Shown here: positions 1 through 7,419 of the stretch, piece after piece
How the letters are laid out: each line of letters opens with the position of its first letter
Position numbering within the stretch: the stretch's first letter is position 1
Assembly: GCF_004010195.1 (NCBI RefSeq)
Contig: NW_025215169.1
Location: forward strand, 48,161 to 68,160
Direction: 5' to 3'
DNA: 20,000 nucleotides
Source: Chiloscyllium plagiosum
Lineage: Eukaryota
Notes under the pieces: generated by a model
Database searches by the model: none
Seen by the model: the letters and a program-made list of their open reading frames with translations, nothing else
What the model was told of the DNA's origin: nothing
Position numbers and translations under genes: made by a program

Positions 1-3000
1 GTCAACGTTGGGGTGGTGTGTGGACGGCAGTAAGGGTCAGGCTGGTGGCGGTGTGTGGACAGTAGTGAGGGTCATTCTGGGGGCGGTGTGTGGGTGGTGG
101 TGAGGGTCAGGCTGGGGTGGTGTCTGGACGGTGGAGAATGTCAGGCTGGGGGCAGTGTGTAGACAGCGGTGAGGGTCAGGCTGGGGGTGGTGTGTAGATG
201 GCTGTAAGGGTCAGGCTGTGGGCGGTGTGTGGATGGTGGTGAGAGAGAGGCTGCTGACGGTGTTGGACGGCGGTGAGGGTAAGGCTGGTGGCGGTGTGTT
301 GATGGTAGTGAGGGTCAGGCTGGGGCGATGCTGGACGGCGGTGAGATTCAGCCTGGGGACGGTGTATTGACAGCAGTCAGGGTCAGGCTGGGGGTGGTGT
401 GCGGATGGCATTGAGGGACAGGCTGGGGGCAGCGTGTGGATGGCAGTGAGGGTCAGGCAGGGTGTGGTTTGTGGACGGCAGTGAGGGTTAGGCTGGGTGC
501 AGTGTGTGGACGGCAGTGAGGGTCAGGCCGGGGGCGGTGTGTGAACGGCGGTGATGGACAAACTGGGGTCGGTGTGTGGACTGCGATGAGGGTCAGGCAG
601 GGTACGGTGTGTGGACAGCGGTGAGCGTCAGGCTTGGGTCAGTGTTGGACGGCGGTGATCATCAGGCTTTGGGCGGTGTGTGGGTGGTCGTGTGGGTCAG
701 GCTTGTGGCAGTGTTAGATGGTGGTGGTGTCAGGCTGGGGACGGTTGGTGGACAGTGGTGAGGGTCAGGCTGGGGTCGGCGTGTACCCGGCAGTGAAGGT
801 CAGGCTGGGGGTGGTGTGTAGATGGCATTGAGGGTCAGGCTGGGGGGGTTGTGTAAACCGCGTTGAGTGTCAGGCTGGGAACAGTGTCTGGACGGTGGTG
901 AGCTTCACGCTGGGGGCGTTGTATGGACTGCGATGAGGGTCAGGCTGGGGGTGGTGTGTGGGTTTCTGTGAGGTTCTGGCTGGGGGTGGTGTTGGGTGGC
1001 GGTGGGTATCAGGCTGGGTGCGGTGTGTGGACGGCGGTGGGGTTCAGGCTGTAGGTGGTGTGTGGGCGGTGGTGAGTTTCAGGCTGGGGGCGGTGTTGAG
1101 TGGCGTTGGGTGTCAGGCAGGTGGTGGTGTGTTATTGGAAGCGACCGTCAGTCTGTGGTCGATGCGTGAATGACGGTGGGGGGTCAGGCTTGTGACGGCG
1201 GGTTGGAGGCGATGAGGGTCAGTCTGGGGGTGGTGTGTGGACGGTTGTGAGGGACAGGCTGGTGGCGGTGTGTTGATGGCAGTGAGGGTCAGGCTTGGGC
1301 AGTGTGCGGATGGCAGTGAGAGACAGGCTGGGGGCAGCGCGTGGATGGCAGTGAGGATCAGGTTGGGGACAGCGTGTTTATACGGCAGTGAGGGAAAGGC
1401 TGGAGCGGTGCTGGACGGCGGTGAGAGTCAGCCTGGAGACGGTGTGTGGACAGCAGTGAGGGTCAGGCTGGGGCAGTGTGCGGATGGCAGTGAGGGACAG
1501 GCTCGGGGCAGCGTGTGGACGGCAGTGAGGGTCAGGCTGGGGGCGGTGTTTGGACGGTGGTGAGGGACAGGCTGGAGGCGGCGTGTGGACAGCGGTGAGG
1601 GTCAGGCTGGGGTCAGTGTTGGACCGCAGTGAGGTCAGGCTGGGGGCGGCGTGTGGGTAGTTGTGAGGTTCAGGCTGGAGCCGGTGTGTGGACGGCGGTG
1701 AGGGTCAGGCTGGGGTCAGTGTTGGACGGCAGTGAGCGTCAGGCTGGGGGCTGCGTGTGGGCGGTGGTGAGGGTCTGGCTCGGGCCGTTGTGTGTTCTCA
1801 GTGAGGATCATGCTGTGGGTGGTGTGTGGGGCCACAGCATGTGAATAATGCTAGGGGCGGTGTGTGGGCGGCCATGTGGGTCAGGCTTGTGGCAGTGTTG
1901 GACAACGGTGGTGTCAGGCAGGGGGTGGTTGGTGGACAGCGGTGAGGGGCAGACTGGGGTCGGCGTGTACACGGCAGTGAAGGTCAGGCTGGGGGTGGTG
2001 TGTAGATGGCGTTGAGGGTCAGACTGGGGGCGGTGTGTGAACGGCATTGAGTGTCAAGCTGGGAACGGTGTCTGGATGGTGGTGAGGGTCATCCTGGGGG
2101 CAGTGTGTGGACTACGGTGAGGGTCAGGCTGGGGGTAGTGTGTGGGTGGCTGTGAGATTCAGGCTAGAGGCGGTGTTGGGTGGTGGTGGGTGTCAGGCTG
2201 GGGGCGGTGTTGTGTGACGGTGGGTGTCAGGCAGGCGTTGGTGTTTGTTCAGAAGGGAGAATCGAGCTGGTGTTGGCGTGTGAACGACGGTGGGGTGAGT
2301 CTGCGGGCGGGGAGTGGATGGTAGTGAGGGTCAGGGTGGGGACAGTGTGTGTACAATGGTGTGGGTCAGGCTGGGGGCGGCGTGTGGATGGTGGGGAGGG
2401 TCAGGCTGGGGTGGTGTGTGGACAGCAGTGGGGGACAGGTTTGGCGCAGAGAGTGGATGGCGGTGGTGGTCAGGCTGGGGTTAGTGTGTGGGTGGTGGTG
2501 AGGTTCAGGCTGGGGAGGGTGTTGGATGGCGGTGAGGGTCAATTTGGGGTTGGTGTATGGGAGGTGGTGAGGGTCAGGCTGGGGCCAGCATTTGGATGGC
2601 AGTGCGGGTCAGGCTGCGGGAGGTGTGTGTATGATGGTGCGGGTCAGGCTGGGGGCGGCGTGTGGATGGTAGTGAGGGTCAGGCTGTGGGCGGTGTGTGT
2701 ATGATGGTGCAGGTTAGGCTGGGGGCGGCGTGTGGATGGTGGTAAGGTTCAGGCTGGGAGCGGTGTGTGGATGGTGGTGAGGGTCAGGCTGGGGGTCATG
2801 TGTGGACAGCGGTGGGGATCAGGTTTGGTGCAGAGTGTGGACGGCAGTGGTGGTCAGGCTGGGGGTGGTGTGTCGATGGTGGTGAGGTTCAGGCTGGGGG
2901 CGGTGTTGGATGGCGGTGAAGGTCAATTTGGGGTCGGTGTGTGGCAGGTGGTGAGGGTCAGGCTGGGGGCGGCGTTTGGACGGCAGTGAGGGTCAGGCTG

Positions 3001-3750
3001 GGGGCGGTGTGTTCGGCGCCAATATGGGTCAGCCTGGGGATGGTGTGTGGGCGATGTTGAGGGTCCGGCTGCGGTCAGTATGTGGGCGGTGATGAGGGTC
3101 AGGCTTGTGGTGGTGTGTGGACAGTGGTGAGTTTCAGGCTGGGGGTGGTGTGTGGACGGTGGAGAGTGCCAGGCTGGGTGCGGTGTGTAGACAGCGGTGG
3201 GTTTCAGGCTGGGGGCAGTGTGCGGGTGGCAATGAGGGTCATGCTGGAGACGGTGTGTGGACGGTGGTGAGGGTCAGGCTCGGACCGTGTATGGGCGACG
3301 GTGTGGGTCAGGCTGTGGCAGTGTTGTATGGCGGTGGGGGTCAGGCTGGCGGCAGTTGGTGAACAGCGGTGGAGTCAGGCTGGGGGTGTTTGGTGGACGG
3401 TGGTGTGGGTCAGGCTGGAGCGGTGCGGGATGGCGGTGAGGGACAGGCTGGTGGTGGTCTGTGGACGGCAGTGAGGGTCAGGCTGGGGCAGTGCGGGACG
3501 TCGGTGAGAGTCAGGTTGGGGACGGTTTGTGGAAGGTTGTGAGGATCAGGCTGGGAGTGGTGTATGGACAGCGGTGAGGGTCAGGGTGGGGACGGTTTGT
3601 GGATGGTTGTGAGGGTCAGTCTGGGAGCAGTGTGCGGATGGCAGTGACGGTCAGGCCGGTGGCGGTCTGTAGATGGCAGTGAGGGTCAGGGTGGTGGCGG
3701 TGTGTGGACGGCAGTGAGGGTCAGGCAGGCGCCGGTGTGTGGCTGGCGAT
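1..3750. repeat. G-rich tandem satellite/minisatellite, ~35-bp unit (consensus about GTGAGGGTCAGGCTGGGGGCGGTGTGTGGACGGCG), roughly 100+ diverged copies, running off the left edge
   Basis: The AGGGTCA core recurs at 33, 68, 103, 172, 207 and onward, giving a 34-35 bp period. The + strand is strongly G/T-rich. The G/V/W-rich ORFs here are translations of the repeat. Confidence 0.97.
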
Positions 3751-3850
3751 GACACACTGTGACACTCTCTGACAGACTGTGACACACTCTGACCCGCTCT
3801 CAGACACACTGTAACATCTCTTAGACACACTGTGACACTCTCTGTCTCTC
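3751..3850. repeat. Short patch of the GACAC/CTCT/CTGTGA satellite, same family and orientation as 11099-20000
   Basis: The sequence reads gacacactgtgacactctctgacagactgtgacacac and uses the same motifs as the large array. Confidence 0.9.
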
Positions 3851-5460
3851 TCAGTCACCATTCTCCGCCTGCTTCACAATGGTCTTCACCAACACATTCG
3901 CCACATGCATGAGCAGGATGTGACAGACAGAACTAAGGAATTCTACAATCAACATATTAGATCTAAGCCCTGCAGTCCTGTCACTTCCCATCATGAACGA
4001 TAGTGAACAAATGAACGACTCATTGCAGGAGAAGGAGGCTCCACATATATCTGCAATAATCAACACTGGGTGAGCCCAGTAAATCAATGCAAAGATAAGG
4101 CTAAACCCATTCACTATGCTGATGGGTATGCCAACTTGGCCTACACTAATGGGTAAAGGCTGGGGCCTTGACAACATCCCAGCAATGGGACAGATGACAT
4201 GTGCTCCAGAACATGCTGTACCCCTGGGCAAGCAGTTCCTGCTCAGCTACAGCACTGACATCTACCTGAGAGAGTGGAAATGTGCTCAAGTATGTGCTGT
4301 TCATAAATAACAGGACAATGTCAACCCGGCGAATTCCCACTCCATCAATATGATATCGATCATGATAATGTGAATGAAACCTTCATCAGCAGTGCTATGA
4401 AGCAGCACCTACATACCAACAATCTGCACAGTGACACCACGCAGCTCCTAACCTCACTCCAGCCTTCGTCCAAACATGGACAGAAAGAGCTGAATTCCAG
4501 AGGTGGGGTGAGTCTGACTGTACTTAACATCAAGGCTGTGTTTGGCCTGGTGTGGCTTCAAGGAGCCTGAGCAAAATTGGAGGCAATGAAAATCAGGGAA
4601 AATCTCCCCTGGGTGGAGTCATCCCTGGCAGAAAAGAAGAAAGTTGTGGTTCTTTGAGGTCAGTTGTCACAACTGCGGGACATCTCTGCAGGAGTTCCTC
4701 AAAGGAGTGTCTTAGGCCTGACCATCTTCAGTAATTTCATTAATGGGACTTCCCTCCATCATCGGGTCAGGCATGGGGATATTAGCTAATGATTACACTG
4801 CATTTGCGACGACTCCGGTACTGAAGTACTCCTTATCCAAATACAGTGAGACCTTGACAATATGCAGGCTTGGAATGAAAAGTGGAAAAAAGCATACATG
4901 GCACAGAAATGCTAGACAATGATAAACTCTAACAACAGTGAATCAAACAATTGTCCTTTGATATTGAATGGGGTTACCGTTACTGATTCCTTAATAATCA
5001 CCATCATGAGATTACTGAACAGGACTATTCACTTAAATACAGTGGTGACAAGGCAGGGCAGAAGCTAAGAATACTGCAGGGAATAACTCACTGCCTGACT
5101 TCCATCTGTCCACAAGTCAGGAGTGTGGTGGAACATTCTCCATTTGCTGAGATGAGTGAGGCTGCAACAACACTCAAGAAGCTTGACACCATCTGGGATA
5201 AAACAGTTCACTTGATGGCCACCACAACCATCTTATTTCCACCACTGACTCTCAGTAGTAGCAATATGTACCAATTATTAGATGCATTGCAGAAATTCTC
5301 TAAAGTTCCTCAAGCAAAATTGCAAATCCACAATCATTCGAAGGACATGAGCAGCAGATACATGGGATCACCATGCACTATAAATGCTATTCCAAGTCAA
5401 TCATCATCCTGATTTGGAAATATATCACCATTCTGTAAGTATCTCTGCTTCACAGTCCTG
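3851..5460 (+). mobile_element. Decayed non-LTR retrotransposon (CR1/L2-group LINE), ORF2 reverse-transcriptase region with stops and frameshifts; boundaries approximate
   Basis: RT motifs appear in the expected order: GLDNIP..TCAPEHAVPL..WKCAQVCAVHK*QD (~4160-4315; cf. GPDNIP/WK.A.V.PVHKK), LNIKAVFGLVWLQG (~4523-4565; cf. LDI..AFD.VWH.G), GVPQRSVLGLTIF (~4691-4730; cf. GVPQGSVLGP), and a degenerate FADD read as LAND (4782-4793). Confidence 0.9.
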
Positions 5461-5479
5461 CATTAGAGACAAAAAAAAG

Positions 5480-5600
5480 TTGACATCTCCACCTGCTGAT
5501 AGTCCAGTCCTGAAGAAGAGTTACACACGAAACATCAATTTCTCCCCCTCTTGATGCTGCCTGGCTTGTTGTGTTCTTCCAGCCTCCGTCCTGTCTATTT
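5480..5600 (+). mobile_element. Decayed Penelope-like terminal repeat fragment containing a degenerate minimal hammerhead-ribozyme core
   Basis: The core reads AGTC-CTGAAGA-AGAG-TTACA-CAC-GAAA-CATC-AATT (5506-5540). It is followed by gatgctgcctggcttgttgtgttcttccagc, which I recall as a common shark repeat tail. The family assignment is from memory, not a search. Confidence 0.6.
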
Positions 5601-5845
5601 CACAGCTCTTCATAACGGTATTATAAGTCTATGTCCTACACATGGACACTGAGATTCATATCCCAGTTTAGTCACATGTGAGATAGATAAAAGCAACTTG
5701 ATATGCCCTCGTATCTGGAATATTTGGAAACATAGTTACATTATTGTCATGAAAACAATTAGTTGTGGAATTTCAAGGGAAAGATAATTGGATATTTTCA
5801 AAGTGCTTGGGCTAAATAATAATTTGATCCTGGGTGCGATAACCA

Positions 5846-6438
5846 NNNNNNNNNNNNNNNNNNNNNNNNNNNNNNNNNNNNNNNNNNNNNNNNNNNNNNN
5901 NNNNNNNNNNNNNNNNNNNNNNNNNNNNNNNNNNNNNNNNNNNNNNNNNNNNNNNNNNNNNNNNNNNNNNNNNNNNNNNNNNNNNNNNNNNNNNNNNNNN
6001 NNNNNNNNNNNNNNNNNNNNNNNNNNNNNNNNNNNNNNNNNNNNNNNNNNNNNNNNNNNNNNNNNNNNNNNNNNNNNNNNNNNNNNNNNNNNNNNNNNNN
6101 NNNNNNNNNNNNNNNNNNNNNNNNNNNNNNNNNNNNNNNNNNNNNNNNNNNNNNNNNNNNNNNNNNNNNNNNNNNNNNNNNNNNNNNNNNNNNNNNNNNN
6201 NNNNNNNNNNNNNNNNNNNNNNNNNNNNNNNNNNNNNNNNNNNNNNNNNNNNNNNNNNNNNNNNNNNNNNNNNNNNNNNNNNNNNNNNNNNNNNNNNNNN
6301 NNNNNNNNNNNNNNNNNNNNNNNNNNNNNNNNNNNNNNNNNNNNNNNNNNNNNNNNNNNNNNNNNNNNNNNNNNNNNNNNNNNNNNNNNNNNNNNNNNNN
6401 NNNNNNNNNNNNNNNNNNNNNNNNNNNNNNNNNNNNNN
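5846..6438. other. Assembly gap (N run)
   Basis: 593 consecutive N bases. Confidence 1.
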
Positions 6439-6585
6439 CTAACCCAGGGATTACTGGCTGATTCCCACCCCAACCTCTCTCCTCTCTCTAACCAGGGATC
6501 ACTGCCTGATTTCCCCCCCCCCCTCTCTCTAACCCAGGGATCACTGCCTGATTTCCCCCCCTCTCTCTAACCCAGGGATCACTGA
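6439..6585. repeat. Intronic ~40-bp minisatellite (CTAACCCAGGGATCACTGCCTGATTTCCCCCCCTCTCT), about 3.5 visible copies, running into the gap
   Basis: The ctaacc(c)agggat motif recurs at 6439, ~6488, ~6529 and ~6567. The array abuts the TFPT exon donor. Confidence 0.9.
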
Positions 6586-6586
6586 C

Positions 6587-6657
6587 CTTCGTTCTTGCTT
6601 GAACCTATGAGTTATTTTTCCAACGCACTCCAAGCGGTTTAGCAACATCTCATTGAC
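6587..6657 (-). CDS. TFPT: TFPT second coding exon (71 nt): VNEMLLNRLECVGKITHRFKQER plus AG
   Basis: The acceptor is ctgtcccgtttccgttgCAG (AG at 6659-6658) and the donor is GTCAGT (6586-6581). It joins the previous exon in phase 0. It aligns by eye with human TFPT [24 protein letters not shown] (recalled). The exon is too short to appear in the ORF track. Confidence 0.93.
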
Positions 6658-6807
6658 CTGCAACGGAAACGGGACAGTTGACAGTTTACAAACAGCACTG
6701 CAGTAAGTTTGAATGTCCCTCTGTGTTAGTTTGTCTCAGACTCGTTCGTGGACATTACACCCAGTGGAGGAACAGCCTGTTTAATGCTGTCCTAGAGTAT
6801 ATCCATC

Positions 6808-6892
6808 TCCCTCCGACAGTGCGGCCCTCCCTCAGTACTGGGCACCGGGAGGGAGGGAGTGTGGGCCTGGATTATGGAGCTCAGGTCCTAGA
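6808..6892 (-). mobile_element. Fragment of a tRNA-derived shark SINE (SacSINE1/Deu-domain-like) in the TFPT intron
   Basis: ccctccgacagtgcggccctccctcagtactg...gggagtgtgggcctggattatggagctcaggtc resembles the reverse complement of the recalled SINE body (…gcagtactgagggagtgctgcactgtcggagg…). Confidence 0.55.
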
Positions 6893-7162
6893 GTATATCC
6901 ATCTCCCTCCGACAGTGCCCTCAGTAATGGCAGCAGGTGGAGGTGGAAATTGGGAGAACAGGGCTGAAGCAGTGGAAGTCCAACTTTACCAACTCAATCT
7001 CTTTGCAACGGCGCAGGAGAGCCTCAAGGCCTAGAGTATATCCATCTCCCTCCGACAGTGCCCTCAGTAACGGCAGGTGGAGGTGGAAATTGGGAGAACA
7101 GGGCTGAAGCAGTGGAAGTCCAACTTTACCAACTCAATCTCTTTGCAACGGCGCAGGAGAGC
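6887..7162. repeat. Tandem duplication of ~135 bp (6887-7022 vs 7030-7162) spanning the TFPT exon end and splice donor, with a third partial copy at 6791-6821
   Basis: The copies are near-identical, offset 143 bp and then 140 bp after one small indel/substitution (taatggcagcagg vs taacggcagg). Confidence 0.95.
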
Positions 7163-7417
7163 GTGGTATTTGTGGCGGTACGCCTCCCGGCGTCGCCGCA
7201 GCACCTGCTCCTCGTCTTCCTCCTCGTCTTCCTCCTCGTCGCCCTCCTCTTCCTCGTCCTGCACCTCCTCCTCCCTGCCCCGACCCTCGTGCAGACCCGA
7301 GTCCGTGAACTCCACCTCCTGCTCCAGCTCGCTCTCCAAGATGTTGCCTCCGAAGAGTGGGGGGAGGGCCAGCTCCGAGCAGGGCCCCGGGAAGTCGTCG
7401 AAACCGACCGCCGCCAT
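7130..7417 (-). CDS. TFPT: TFPT (TCF3 fusion partner / INO80 complex subunit F) first coding exon, 96 codons
   Basis: [37 protein letters not shown]...[14 protein letters not shown] matches recalled human [42 protein letters not shown]...KYQALGRRCREIEQ. ATG is at 7417-7415, the donor TTG|GTAAAG is at 7129, and an in-frame TGA lies upstream at 7456-7454. Confidence 0.96.
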
Positions 7418-7419
7418 TC

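Noticed and set aside
211..3439. G/V/W-rich ORFs up to 174 aa
   Set aside because: They are translations of the 35-bp satellite, overlap in several frames and have no domain features.
1..3750. Immunoglobulin switch-region-like sequence
   Set aside because: It is G-rich with GGCT motifs, but palindromic AGCT is rare and no Ig exons are nearby.
5670..5740. Possible minus-strand exon after ttccag near 5715
   Set aside because: In the phase TFPT requires it reads YEGISSCFYLSHM* with no TFPT similarity.
5736..6570. 245-aa and 260-aa ORFs
   Set aside because: They consist mostly of the N gap. The same applies to the ORFs crossing 11006-11098.
7064..7129. C-terminal tail VKLDFHCF...CRY of the 117-aa ORF
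   Set aside because: This is read-through into the intron past the GTAAAG donor; TFPT similarity resumes at 6657.
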